A stretch of 64,000 nucleotides of DNA from Candidatus Zixiibacteriota bacterium (lineage in GTDB: Bacteria; Zixibacteria; MSB-5A5; UBA10806; 4484-95): NCBI GenBank assembly GCA_037441845.1, contig JBBIRK010000002.1, positions 64,001 to 128,000 on the forward strand, given 5' to 3'. The notes under the pieces are model-generated. The model was not told the DNA's origin. It saw only the letters and a program-made list of their open reading frames with translations, and did no database searches. The stretch's first letter is position 1; every line of letters starts with the position of its first letter. Below are positions 1 through 10,428 of this stretch, one piece after another. The translations under genes and the position numbers were made by a program.

Positions 1-3000
1 CCTCCGGGTCCAGCTAACTTTCTGCACAATTCAGGCAACACCGAATTCACCCGAGCCGAGGTAAACGGCTATTATCATGCAAATATCGTGCGCGATTTCA
101 CCCTTAGCTTCAACCCGACTTATCCGACCATCTACAACCAGATCAATTTCCCCGTCTATGTCAATGAAACCGGCGGTTATTGCCCGGGGAATGCCTGGTA
201 CGACGGCGTTTCGATCACTTTTTGTCAATCTGGAGGCGGTTATCCCAATACCGCGTTTTCGACGATCGTGCACCATGAATACGGACATCACCTGGTAGAG
301 ATGGCGGGAAGCGGTCAGGGGCAGTATGGCGAGGGTATGGGCGATGTCATGGGGCTGCTTATCACCGACGACCCCGGGGCGGCCTGGGGTTTTTATGGCC
401 CCTGCAATCAAGCGTTGAGAAGCGCCGATAATACGCTGCAATACCCCTGTAGTGGCGAAATCCATTACTGCGGGCAGTTGCTTTCGGGTTGCGTCTGGAG
501 CACACGCAACGCCCTGGCGGCTTCCTACCCATCGACCTACATGTCGATTCTTGCCGATCTTGCCATAAACGCCATGCTTCTGCACACGGGAACCTCGATC
601 ACCCCGAGCATAACCGTGGATTATTTGACTCTCGACGATACCGATGGCAACATCTATAACGGCACGCCGCATCGAACGGAAATCTGCACGGGATTCGACG
701 CGCACAACATGACCTGCCCCGCTCTTCAGACCGGAGTATTCATTACTCATACGCCGCTCGGAAATACCACATCGAACAGCCCTTATGAAGTCAACGCCGT
801 TATAACCACCACCGAAACTTCAATAGACTCCGCCTATATTTTCTGGTCCAACGGCGGTTCCTATTCGCCCGTGTCGATGACGAATCTGGGAGCAGGCAAT
901 TACCGCGGCTACATCCCCGGGCAGCCCAATTGCACTTTCGTCGAATACTATATTTATGCGACCGACAATCTGCATAACACGAAAAGACACCCCGAAACGG
1001 GAACTCATCGCTTTTATGTGGGAACTTTCGATACCCTCTTGTTCAATAACGTGGAAAACGGCACCGCCGGCTGGACTCACACTATCGTGACCTCCGGATA
1101 CGTTGACCAGTGGGAGATCCGCAACCACCGCAATCACACCTCAGGGGGCGCCAACGCCTGGAAATTCGGCAACTCGTCGTCCACCGAAAGCTATGCCAAT
1201 TACGCGGACGGCGGACTGATCAGCCCCTCGATAACGCTGCCGGCCGACGCCAAACTGCAATTTTGGACCTGGGGCGCCATCGAACAATCATCGTCGACCG
1301 CGGCATGGGATGGAGCCATTGTCGAAATTTCCCTCAACGGCGGCCCTTATACGCGCATAACCCCGGTCGACGGCTATACCCATTCCACGGTCGGTGGTTA
1401 TAGCCATCCCTGGCCCGCCGCCACACCCTGCTGGTCGGGCAATTTCGATTGGCAAATGAAAGAATTCGATCTGGCCGCTTACGCAGGAAACAACATAAAT
1501 CTGCGTTTCCGCTTCGGCTCGGACAACTCCGTCGCCTATGAGGGATGGTATATCGATGATATCCTGATAACGGCTCCCCATTGCGATTCGATCGAAACCG
1601 GCGTGCTCAGCGGAATTGTCACCGATAACCTCGGATCAGTCTCGGGAGCGGTGGTCCATGCGGTCTCAGGAGGCAATCAGGGCTGGGATACGACGAGCGC
1701 CGCGGGGGCGTATTCGATGACTCTGCCGGTCGGAAGCTATTCCGTGGCATTCGCCCATATAGACCATCGCGATACGACCGTCCTGTCGGTGACGATAGCC
1801 GCCGATTCGACCACGATGCTTGACATGGTCATGACCAGGCTGCCCGGCGCCATCAGAGGTGTGATCACACGCGCACCATCTCTGCCTGTGGCGGGGTTGC
1901 GGGCGATTCTTTCTGGAGGCGCCGAGGACACCACCGATTCCGGCGGAAATTATGGATTTTTCGGGCTTCCCGATGGCGATTACTCGCTGACGCTGAATCA
2001 TCCCGATTATTACGATACCACGATAGCAAATATCGCGGTGACAGCCGGTGATACCACATTCAGAAACGTTACGGTCCGAATTCGTCCGGGATGGCTGTCG
2101 GGAATCGTAACCGATACCGGCGGCGTCGCTATCGAAAGCGTGCTGGTGATATGCAACGGCGCGGTAATTCTGCAGATAGATTCCGTTTACACCGGGGCCG
2201 ACGGTCAATTCCTGATCGAGCTGACACCGGACAACTACGGCATAAATTTCGTTCATCCCATGTTCGACGATACCACCATTTCCGATGTAGTCATCTCGCC
2301 TGCCGACACGACCTCCGTTTCCGTCGAATTGAAACCGACCGATTTCCCGCCGGTCATAACTTCGCCCGATTCCACCACGGCCATCGAGGATTTCCCATTC
2401 AGTTATATAGCCGCCGCCTATGATCCCAACGGTCACGCGGTCACGATTGACATCGATCGATTCGCCTCCTGGCTGGCTTTATCGGGAGACACCTTATTCG
2501 GAACCCCGACCGAGGGGAAAACCGACACCAGTTTCCGCATAATCGCTTCCGATGGACTTTTGGCTGACACTCAGCTCGTATTCATCGATGTTATTCCGGT
2601 TAACGATCCACCTCGGATAATTTCGCCGGAGGTTTCGCAGGCGACAGAGCATCAGCCGTTCGCCTATACCGCCATGGCGGTGGACCCCGACGGCACCACT
2701 CCGGACGTTTCTTTTTCTGATTACGCCTCCTGGATGACTCCCTGGTCTCAAACGATCGTCGGGATACCGCCAGAGGGCGCCGCGGATACCTCTTTCCGGA
2801 TAATCGCCTCGGATGGATTATTGGCGGATACTCAAATTGTGGCGGTCGATGTCATTCCGGTGAATGATCCGCCGCAGATCACCTCGCCGTCATCGATCAG
2901 CGCCGTGGAGGACCAACCGTTCAGCTATGTCGCCGCAGCCAGTGACCCCGAAGGAACCACGCCGGTGATAAGTTTTGTAAGAAAACCGTCGTGGATGACG

Positions 3001-3684
3001 GTTGCGCAAGACACGATATTCGGAACCGCGCTCAACGGGTTCGTCGACACCTCCTTCGCCGTGGTTGCCAGCGACGGCCAATCAGCCGATACCCTGGTTG
3101 TGCTGGTTGACGTAATTCCCGTCAACGATCCTCCGATATTAACCTCCCCTTCCACGGCTTCGGCGTCGTGGGGTTCGGTTTTCGAGTATCTGGGAACCGC
3201 CGTCGATATCGACAATCCGGTAGTGGCCATCACTTACCCGCTGCGACCTTCGTGGCTGGCGCCTATCGGTGATACTTTGCGCGGCCTTACTCCCTCGGGA
3301 GCAGCCGACACGTTGTTTTTGATCGTGGCTTCCGACGGCCAGCTTGCCGATAGTCAATTGGTGAATTTGTCGGTGAGTTACTCTTGCTTGTATGTGCCCG
3401 GAGATATAAACGGCGATGGCAACATCATCGGCGGCGATGTCACTTTTGGGGTTCGCTTTTTCAAAGGATTGGGGGCCAATCCGCCCGATAGCTGCTATCT
3501 CGATTCGACCTCGAGCTACCTATATGTTGCCGGCGACGTCAACGGTAATTGCGAATTCAGAGGATCGGATATAACCAGGCTGGTTTCCTATTTCAAGGGG
3601 ACCGCCACCATTACCTATTGCCATTTCCTTCCCCCGGGTGGCGCTTTGCGCATCGATAGGCAGGCGGTCGGCAAGATCGAATAA
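1..3684 (+). CDS. Large secreted zinc metallopeptidase (M4/M36-like) with beta-sandwich, carboxypeptidase-regulatory-like and 4 cadherin/Ig-like repeats and a C-terminal dockerin; 5' end outside window
   Basis: Frame open from base 1. HHEYGH...GEGMGD gluzincin motif, repeated VIPVNDPP.I.SP units, C-terminal GDINGDG..GGD / GDVNGNC..GSD duplicated Ca-loop. Confidence 0.85.
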   Translation, partial: PPGPANFLHNSGNTEFTRAEVNGYYHANIVRDFTLSFNPTYPTIYNQINFPVYVNETGGYCPGNAWYDGVSITFCQSGGGYPNTAFSTIVHHEYGHHLVEMAGSGQGQYGEGMGDVMGLLITDDPGAAWGFYGPCNQALRSADNTLQYPCSGEIHYCGQLLSGCVWSTRNALAASYPSTYMSILADLAINAMLLHTGTSITPSITVDYLTLDDTDGNIYNGTPHRTEICTGFDAHNMTCPALQTGVFITHTPLGNTTSNSPYEVNAVITTTETSIDSAYIFWSNGGSYSPVSMTNLGAGNYRGYIPGQPNCTFVEYYIYATDNLHNTKRHPETGTHRFYVGTFDTLLFNNVENGTAGWTHTIVTSGYVDQWEIRNHRNHTSGGANAWKFGNSSSTESYANYADGGLISPSITLPADAKLQFWTWGAIEQSSSTAAWDGAIVEISLNGGPYTRITPVDGYTHSTVGGYSHPWPAATPCWSGNFDWQMKEFDLAAYAGNNINLRFRFGSDNSVAYEGWYIDDILITAPHCDSIETGVLSGIVTDNLGSVSGAVVHAVSGGNQGWDTTSAAGAYSMTLPVGSYSVAFAHIDHRDTTVLSVTIAADSTTMLDMVMTRLPGAIRGVITRAPSLPVAGLRAILSGGAEDTTDSGGNYGFFGLPDGDYSLTLNHPDYYDTTIANIAVTAGDTTFRNVTVRIRPGWLSGIVTDTGGVAIESVLVICNGAVILQIDSVYTGADGQFLIELTPDNYGINFVHPMFDDTTISDVVISPADTTSVSVELKPTDFPPVITSPDSTTAIEDFPFSYIAAAYDPNGHAVTIDIDRFASWLALSGDTLFGTPTEGKTDTSFRIIASDGLLADTQLVFIDVIPVNDPPRIISPEVSQATEHQPFAYTAMAVDPDGTTPDVSFSDYASWMTPWSQTIVGIPPEGAADTSFRIIASDGLLADTQIVAVDVIPVNDPPQITSPSSISAVEDQPFSYVAAASDPEGTTPVISFVRKPSWMTVAQDTIFGTALNGFVDTSFAVVASDGQSADTLVVLVDVIPVNDPPILTSPSTASASWGSVFEYLGTAVDIDNPVVAITYPLRPSWLAPIGDTLRGLTPSGAADTLFLIVASDGQLADSQLVNLSVSYSCLYVPGDINGDGNIIGGDVTFGVRFFKGLGANPPDSCYLDSTSSYLYVAGDVNGNCEFRGSDITRLVSYFKGTATITYCHFLPPGGALRIDRQAVGKIE

Positions 3685-3715
3685 TCTTCCCCATAGCGGA
3701 TCGCGGTTTCAATCT

Positions 3716-3760
3716 GCCCGGCATCGGCGTATAATAATCGGTGCCGGGTTTATTGTTTTG
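3716..3760 (+). terminator. Probable intrinsic terminator
   Basis: gcccggcatcgg / tcggtgccgggt stem followed by a T-rich tract, just downstream of the peptidase stop. Confidence 0.55.
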
Positions 3761-3911
3761 GACCGAAATTTGTGAAAAGCTGAGACGTTGGCAAAAAAGA
3801 CGGATTTGTCGATCGCAATGTAGGGTCATGCGAAGATCGCTGCCTTTACCAATTTGACCGGCGGCCGATTATTATTATATCATAAAGAAATAGCAAAGGT
3901 AGGTTCGATCG

Positions 3912-4862
3912 ATGTCCAAAAATTTCGGAATAATCGGTGTAGCCGGATATATCGCCCCCCGGCATCTTAAAGCCATAAAAGAGACGGGCAATCGGCTCGT
4001 ATGCGCTCTCGACACGAATGATTCGGTGGGGATTCTCGACAGCTATTTCGACGACGTTCGCTTTTTCACCGAATTCGAACGTTTCGACCGCTACGTGGAA
4101 AAGCTGCGCAGGCACAACAAAGGAAACCAGCTCGATTACATCAGCATCTGTTCCCCCAATTACCTTCACGACGCCCACGCCAGATTCGCCTTGCGGGTCG
4201 GCGCCGACACCATCTGCGAAAAACCGGTCGTCCTCAACCCTTGGAATATCGATGCACTCCAGGAGATGGAACAGGAAACCGGCAAACGCGTCTACACCGT
4301 ATTGCAATTGAGGCTTCTGCCGCCCTTGATCGCTCTGAAAGAGCAGATCGAAAAAAATCCGCCTAAAACCAAGAAAGAAATCTGCCTTACCTATATCACT
4401 TCCCGCGGCCCCTGGTATCTGGTTTCCTGGAAAGGCCAACTGGAACGCTCCGGCGGATTAACCACCAATATCGGAATACATTTTTTCGATATGCTGATCT
4501 GGATATTCGGCAAAGTCGAACACAGCGAAGTGCATCTGAATTTTCCGACCAAGGCCGCAGGCTACCTTGAACTCGAGCATGCCCGGGTGCAATGGCTGCT
4601 TTCTATAGATAAGAACGACCTGCCGAGCGAATGCCGCGAGAAAGGAAAACGGACCTATCGTTCGATAACTATCGACGGCGAGGAAATCGAATTTTCGGAG
4701 GGATTCACCGATCTGCATACCGAGGTTTACAGACGCACTCTGGCCGGGCAAGGTTTCGGCCTCGAGGACACCCGCCCGTCGATCGCCCTGGCTCACAATA
4801 TCAGAAACGCCAATCCGATCGGCATCAAGGCCATATCTCATCCTCTTTTGAAACGCTTGTAG
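3912..4862 (+). CDS. wbpB: Gfo/Idh/MocA oxidoreductase, UDP-GlcNAcA 3-dehydrogenase (WbpB/WlbA-like)
   Basis: GVAGYIAPRHLKAI, CSPNYLHDAH, CEKP, TNIGIHFFD and EFSEGFTDLH motifs characteristic of WbpB/WlbA. Confidence 0.85.
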   Translation: MSKNFGIIGVAGYIAPRHLKAIKETGNRLVCALDTNDSVGILDSYFDDVRFFTEFERFDRYVEKLRRHNKGNQLDYISICSPNYLHDAHARFALRVGADTICEKPVVLNPWNIDALQEMEQETGKRVYTVLQLRLLPPLIALKEQIEKNPPKTKKEICLTYITSRGPWYLVSWKGQLERSGGLTTNIGIHFFDMLIWIFGKVEHSEVHLNFPTKAAGYLELEHARVQWLLSIDKNDLPSECREKGKRTYRSITIDGEEIEFSEGFTDLHTEVYRRTLAGQGFGLEDTRPSIALAHNIRNANPIGIKAISHPLLKRL

Positions 4863-4887
4863 CCTGAAATCCTTTACGAGATGATAA

Positions 4888-4921
4888 ACAAACGGGATAC
4901 GCCTCAGCGTATCCCGTTTGT
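4888..4921. terminator. Perfect 15-bp hairpin between convergent genes (likely terminator)
   Basis: acaaacgggatacgc-ctca-gcgtatcccgtttgt. Confidence 0.75.
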
Positions 4922-4947
4922 CTTCAAGAACAAATCTATTTCAAGAC

Positions 4948-6693
4948 TCAATCATCGAGGAACCAGGCCAGCATGTAGTTGAATACATGTTGCACCTCGC
5001 CGCCGCTGTTATCCATGAAATAGAGCGGAAAAGTGAAAACCGATGTCTTGAAAGCGCCGTGCGACGGCTCATAGACCATCGCCACCGGCATGGCATGAAT
5101 CGGCCAGCCGTCCTGGTAGGAGGTATCGGGGTTAATCGCTTCGTAGGTCAATAGAGTCGTGGAATTGCTCGAATAACGCGCCATCACGTCGACTTTGGAG
5201 AGGTTGAATTGATACATATAGCGGCACTTGGTCTGATCCACCACCAGCCGTTCGAAAGGTGAAGTGGGAGTCGGATTGGCGGCCATAAATTCCGCGGTTT
5301 GGGAAACGGCGGCGTTGCTGCTGAATGTGCCGTAGCTGATATCGAAATACTGAAACGGCAGCGACTGGCTGCTGTAGTCGCTTTTACCCACTATACCGGG
5401 GTTATTTTGAAACACTTGCCTGCCGATCACCCAGGCTTTACCGCCGGCTTGAAGATAACGTCTTATTGCACCTGCCATCGGATTTTCAGTAGTGGCATCC
5501 GGGCTGTAAAGATCGCCTTTGTTGAAGTCGGCGTTGTCGACAATGACCATCCGATGCCTGGCGAATACGGAAATCGGCGGCACCGGAGCCAGAGTGGTTC
5601 CCGTGACATGGTTGCCGTAGATAGTGTAACTATATCCGACTCCCGTGCCATCAATCATATCCCGATAAAATTGCCTGATCGAATCGGGGAATGAGGCGGG
5701 GTTATTCAACCGCGGATATCCTCTGGTGGTGGTATCCGATTGAGTGCGGTATTGGGTCGCCTGGATTATCAAGATGTCCAATACTGCATCCGGGGAAGAT
5801 ATCCAGACCGGCTCCACCAGCACGAACTTGTTCCATGCCGGAGTGGGATCCGGCACCTGGGCGTCATCTCGCACCCTGACCGTGAATATATAGGCGCCGG
5901 TTCGCAGGTCTTTCAAAACGACTTCCTTGGAAAACAACCAATGAGATCCGGTGCTGTCATTGTATGACCACCTGACCAGCAGATCGGCGGATGTATCCGC
6001 TATCGTGAGCGCGGCGGCGGTCGACGTATCATACGGTCCGTAAAGATTCCACTCGTAGTCGAAATCCGGTTCGCCGTCCGGGAAATCGAGCGTATCCTTT
6101 CCCTCCCAGGTGATTTTCAACCCGCTCCACACTCTCGTCGTATCGGGCAGAACCCATAAATACTCTCCGACCATCTGGTCAGGGGGAAGTGAATCGCTCG
6201 GATCGGTCTTGCCCGGGAATATCCTTATGTAAGTCTGCGGGGGACGGTTCACGCGCGAATATCTACGGTAAATCGTCGGCGAAAATTGTCCGTCATCATC
6301 GACACACTTGACGAAAACATATTGGCCGACCGTATCGGTCTCGTTGGACGAGGCGAAAAACCTCACCGTAACCGTGGTCGATTCCTGCGGCACATTGATC
6401 CAAAGCGAATCCGGAGGCAGGCTGTCGAGATAATCCGCCGGATTCCCCACGCTGTCATCCTGCACCACCAGATAATAATAGCCAATGACCCGCCCGTCCT
6501 CATCGGTGCCGCTCCAGGTCAAATGCGGATTGGAGGTGAACACGTAATTCTCCGGCGGCGTATTCGAAAATGCGATCGTCGGAGCCTTATTGCCCGCCGG
6601 CGTTCCTTTAAGAGATTTCTTGCCGCAGCCGGCGGCCCCCAACATCAAGGCCGAAATCATGGCGATCGACAATATCAAAAGTCCTCTTCTCAT
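4948..6693 (-). CDS. Lipoprotein with Ig/FN3-like domains, last gene of the TBDR-PorV operon
   Basis: ATG at 6693 with GGAGG RBS. Lipobox-like GAAGC after a hydrophobic stretch; W.G.D.DG...Y and F.VR.RDD...D.TP beta-sandwich motifs. Confidence 0.75.
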   Translation of the reverse strand: MRRGLLILSIAMISALMLGAAGCGKKSLKGTPAGNKAPTIAFSNTPPENYVFTSNPHLTWSGTDEDGRVIGYYYLVVQDDSVGNPADYLDSLPPDSLWINVPQESTTVTVRFFASSNETDTVGQYVFVKCVDDDGQFSPTIYRRYSRVNRPPQTYIRIFPGKTDPSDSLPPDQMVGEYLWVLPDTTRVWSGLKITWEGKDTLDFPDGEPDFDYEWNLYGPYDTSTAAALTIADTSADLLVRWSYNDSTGSHWLFSKEVVLKDLRTGAYIFTVRVRDDAQVPDPTPAWNKFVLVEPVWISSPDAVLDILIIQATQYRTQSDTTTRGYPRLNNPASFPDSIRQFYRDMIDGTGVGYSYTIYGNHVTGTTLAPVPPISVFARHRMVIVDNADFNKGDLYSPDATTENPMAGAIRRYLQAGGKAWVIGRQVFQNNPGIVGKSDYSSQSLPFQYFDISYGTFSSNAAVSQTAEFMAANPTPTSPFERLVVDQTKCRYMYQFNLSKVDVMARYSSNSTTLLTYEAINPDTSYQDGWPIHAMPVAMVYEPSHGAFKTSVFTFPLYFMDNSGGEVQHVFNYMLAWFLDD

Positions 6694-6716
6694 CTTGATC
6701 ACTCCTCCTATCCCGC

Positions 6717-7712
6717 TCAAAACTTCAGGTCGAATGTGAATCGGTGGACGTTGTCGAGAAATCCGAGGTCCTGATAGGCATAGTCGAGTTGGACTTTGCG
6801 CTCGGCCACCGGGAATTTCAAGCCGAATCCGAACGAATAGCCGGAGGTCAGGCTACCGAAACTTTTGCGGGTGCTGAAACCCTCCTCGTCTTCGAGAAAG
6901 CCGTTGTTGGCGAAATCGTAATTGAATTTCTTCCCCACCCGCAACGCGAACATGTCATTAAACCAGTATTCGGCCCCGGCGTTGAACCTTTCGAGATTGT
7001 CGTTGGGACGCGACGCTTGAATTCCGAAAGTCAGTTTCTGTGCTTCGCTTTGAATCAGATTGATCGACGAACCGAATCGGAAATCGATCGGAAGAGGATA
7101 AGTCTCACGGATAAATTTCATATCCGGTCCGAAATTCGCCAGCATCATGCACAGGGTGAAATTCCGATAGCCGGTCTGATAGTATATGCCGGCATCCGAT
7201 GCCCAACCGGTGGCTTTTTCCTCCTCGAGAAATTGGTTGATATACTTGAACGTCAAACCTATCGACAGGTTATCGGTAAGACTTGCCGAGTAGGTCAAGC
7301 CCAGCGCCATATCGGCCACCGTGAAAGTCTGCCCGTTGCCGCGGGGATATTCGTATGTGGTAACCGGCATATCCCCGGTATGCAGCCAGTATCCCGAAAT
7401 ACCGACGTTACCGAAAAGACTCGGGGTAGGCCAGACCAAACCGATAAATTCATACTGAATATCGGCCGGGTATTCGATATGCGTGGCGATAATCTCTTTC
7501 TGTTCCAGCAACGCCACACCCGCCGGGTTGTAGTAAAGCGCCGAAGCGTCGTTGGCCAAACCGATAAAGGCATCGCCCATACCGTTTGCCCTCGCCGATA
7601 CACCGAGCTTCAGAAATTGCGCACCGGTGGTGCCCACTTTGGCCTGACCGAATACAAGCGCAGGCAGACACATCATCAACGCGAGTGCGGCAACCAGAGT
7701 AAGTTTTTTCAT
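6717..7712 (-). CDS. PorV/PorQ-family outer-membrane beta-barrel
   Basis: Signal peptide, then AQFLKLGVSARANGMGDAF..ANDASALYYNPAG. C-terminal DYAY....L..VHRFTFDLKF ending in Phe. Confidence 0.85.
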   Translation of the reverse strand: MKKLTLVAALALMMCLPALVFGQAKVGTTGAQFLKLGVSARANGMGDAFIGLANDASALYYNPAGVALLEQKEIIATHIEYPADIQYEFIGLVWPTPSLFGNVGISGYWLHTGDMPVTTYEYPRGNGQTFTVADMALGLTYSASLTDNLSIGLTFKYINQFLEEEKATGWASDAGIYYQTGYRNFTLCMMLANFGPDMKFIRETYPLPIDFRFGSSINLIQSEAQKLTFGIQASRPNDNLERFNAGAEYWFNDMFALRVGKKFNYDFANNGFLEDEEGFSTRKSFGSLTSGYSFGFGLKFPVAERKVQLDYAYQDLGFLDNVHRFTFDLKF

Positions 7713-7726
7713 TTTCAGCCTCCTCG

Positions 7727-10390
7727 CTACTTGATTATCACGAACTTGCCGATTTCGGGTTCCTTGTCAGGAACACCGTCGACAATCGATTTGAATTCGA
7801 CCGAGTATAGATACATTCCCGATACCACGGCTTGAGTGTTGCGCGAAATAAGATCCCAATATATGATTCCGGGCGGATTGCCGTAGTAATCGCGCGGATC
7901 ATAAGTCAACACCCTCACCAAATCGCCGTCGAGAGTCCAGATCCGGAATATCGCCGTCTGATTGTCGGGCAGATTTGAAAAGTATATCTTCCTACTCTGC
8001 TCCACCCAAGCCGGCGAATCCATTATCTCGTATTCCTCATAGAGGCTGTTTCCCACCTTGGGAAGTTTATAGGGATTGGGATAGACCATGATCGGATCGT
8101 TTTTCTCGATCGGGTAGATCAAAGTAGCGTTGATCGACTTGGCAGATTCGATCGGGGAAAGATCGGTTTGCGGATTGCCGAAATCGAACGAAGTTACGGC
8201 ATAATAAACGCCGCGCGACTCCGATAACCCCTCGGCCCGATATCGGTAATGTATAATCGTGTCGCCGTCCACGTAGGTCGTATCGTAAATAATCGGTTCC
8301 AGTCCGGTGTTATAGCCGTGAGCTATCCAGTAACGGGTCACGCTCGGATCCGTCGGCACACCGAAATGAGCGTCAGGTTCCAGCGTCAATACGCTGTCCG
8401 TGCTGATCGGGAATATCTTTTCTTTGTTCGTGGTCCAGAAATAACTCCAATTCCCCGAGGTATCCTGCAGACTGTCCCACGATACCGGCACCCAATCTAT
8501 CTTGTCGAGTTTCAGTATGTTGGTCCAATTGACTCCATCGTAAGAACGATAGACGCCGTAGCCTTCGAAATCGACCTGTCCGCTGAAGGGATCGATGAAT
8601 TCCTCGGGCCCCGGCGATGTCGCGGTTCCGCCGATATTTTTGCCGGTCCAGGTCAATTCCATGTAACCTTTGCCGGCCTGCACTTGAAGCCGCGGCGATG
8701 GCGGCGGAGGCGGTCCCTGAAAATCCGGGCAGCCATCGCCTTCCTTCCAGAATATGGTGGTATCGACACCGGTGATCGTGGTCTCGGCCTCGCCATAATT
8801 GCCATCGACCACCCAACCGATTGAATCGATATAACAGGAATCGCGCCCGGGGTTGTCGAAAACCCATTCCGCCCACTGCGCATTGGTGGCGAAATCGCGG
8901 AAATTCAAATTGGCGTAATACTGGTCGATCATGGCGCGATTGCCCGTGCCGTTGCGCAAATTGTTATTGTAATTAGCGGGATTGTTATGCAGGTAATTGC
9001 CGCAAATGTAGCCGATAGTCAACGGCAGAGTCGAGCCGGCCGGTATCGAATCGAACGGGCCGAACGAGAACAAATACCGCGTATCATATCCGTTGGCCAG
9101 ATTGGCGGGCTCTTGAGCGTTGTTCGCAATCCAATCTTGATTCTGCCATCCGTCGTTGTTCAACGCCGAATATGCCTGATCGTAGTCGAACTCATGATTC
9201 GACATCTGGAAATATTTGGCTCGATCGCCACCGGGGGTTCCCAGTCCACCTCCCGGGAAAACCGGCACGCCGAACAACGAGCTCAGCCGGTTATAGTTCG
9301 ACTGCCACATCGGCCCCCAATCGAGCGCCGATGTCGTATTGGAAATCCACCAGTTGAAACCATATTGGAGATCTCCGGGCCCGCGCACTACTCTGACACC
9401 CGAAACTCCTCGAGGTGAAAGATCGCTGAATGCGGCTCCTGCCCCGCCTACGGTTTGGCCGTCGTTATCGGCGATCCAGGCTGTATATATCTGAGTCGTA
9501 TCGCGCTGGTTGCGGGAGATGTAATCCTGCATGAATCCGCAGAGATCATCCTGCGCCCCTTGTTCGCTTCCGTAGGGATTTTCCGACATATGCAGCACGT
9601 CACCATCGACATAAAGGGCGATCCACACGTCCCTCAAAGGCTTATCGCCTATGTTGGTGATTTCGAAATCCAGAAGAATGAAATCTTCCGCATACTCGTA
9701 CGACCAAGAGTAGCTCTTCTGAATTATGCGTAAGCCGAGCGGTCGGTGATCCCTGCCGTCATTGGGATCGGGGACCGGAATCGATGAACTGGTGTCGTAA
9801 TAAACTGCGATATAGTCCTGCTCGGACACCGCCTTGAAATCGCGGTTGCCGGTGTCGTAAAGCAGCTTTCCGATCGTATCCGCCAGCGGCAATCCCCGGG
9901 TCGAAAGCATCAGGATATTGCCGCCCGGAGGAGCCGACGGAAACATCTCGTAAACATCGCCCCACCAACCATCGTTGCCGATCGATACCAGCGTATCGTA
10001 AACGGTGGGCGTGGTATTCGGCCGTTCGACCACCGCCCCGATCCAGAGACATCCCTGAAATAGATAATCGATATTCGAACCGGCCGGAAATTCACACGAC
10101 TCGGCGGGCAAACCGGTCAGCGAATCGATCTCCTCCTGCCCCTGACTGCCGAAAATCCCCTTGTTGGTTATCGAAAACTGCACATTGGATATCCGGTGCA
10201 CCCGCAATTGAGTATTCGGTCCCACCGCCGGTTTCAAAAGCGGTCCTGATCCCCCCTGGCCGCGATCCCTCATCGCTCTGGCCGAACCGTCGGGAGCCGC
10301 CAGCATCACCACAAGCAAGGCGATAACCGCCCAAAACGCGCCGGCGGCGAATAATCGCCATGACTTATTCTTAGGTTTTTCTATCATCAT
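7727..10390 (-). CDS. Large secreted protein with T9SS-like C-terminal domain
   Basis: Signal peptide; FEGYGVYRS / YYAVTSFD FN3-like segment; CTD VYPNPY...IWTLDGDLVR...WDL.SRN.Q.V.SG.YLY. Confidence 0.8.
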   Translation of the reverse strand: MMIEKPKNKSWRLFAAGAFWAVIALLVVMLAAPDGSARAMRDRGQGGSGPLLKPAVGPNTQLRVHRISNVQFSITNKGIFGSQGQEEIDSLTGLPAESCEFPAGSNIDYLFQGCLWIGAVVERPNTTPTVYDTLVSIGNDGWWGDVYEMFPSAPPGGNILMLSTRGLPLADTIGKLLYDTGNRDFKAVSEQDYIAVYYDTSSSIPVPDPNDGRDHRPLGLRIIQKSYSWSYEYAEDFILLDFEITNIGDKPLRDVWIALYVDGDVLHMSENPYGSEQGAQDDLCGFMQDYISRNQRDTTQIYTAWIADNDGQTVGGAGAAFSDLSPRGVSGVRVVRGPGDLQYGFNWWISNTTSALDWGPMWQSNYNRLSSLFGVPVFPGGGLGTPGGDRAKYFQMSNHEFDYDQAYSALNNDGWQNQDWIANNAQEPANLANGYDTRYLFSFGPFDSIPAGSTLPLTIGYICGNYLHNNPANYNNNLRNGTGNRAMIDQYYANLNFRDFATNAQWAEWVFDNPGRDSCYIDSIGWVVDGNYGEAETTITGVDTTIFWKEGDGCPDFQGPPPPPSPRLQVQAGKGYMELTWTGKNIGGTATSPGPEEFIDPFSGQVDFEGYGVYRSYDGVNWTNILKLDKIDWVPVSWDSLQDTSGNWSYFWTTNKEKIFPISTDSVLTLEPDAHFGVPTDPSVTRYWIAHGYNTGLEPIIYDTTYVDGDTIIHYRYRAEGLSESRGVYYAVTSFDFGNPQTDLSPIESAKSINATLIYPIEKNDPIMVYPNPYKLPKVGNSLYEEYEIMDSPAWVEQSRKIYFSNLPDNQTAIFRIWTLDGDLVRVLTYDPRDYYGNPPGIIYWDLISRNTQAVVSGMYLYSVEFKSIVDGVPDKEPEIGKFVIIK

Positions 10391-10428
10391 TACCTCCCAA
10401 TATCGATGTAAGGTTTACTCACAGTCGA

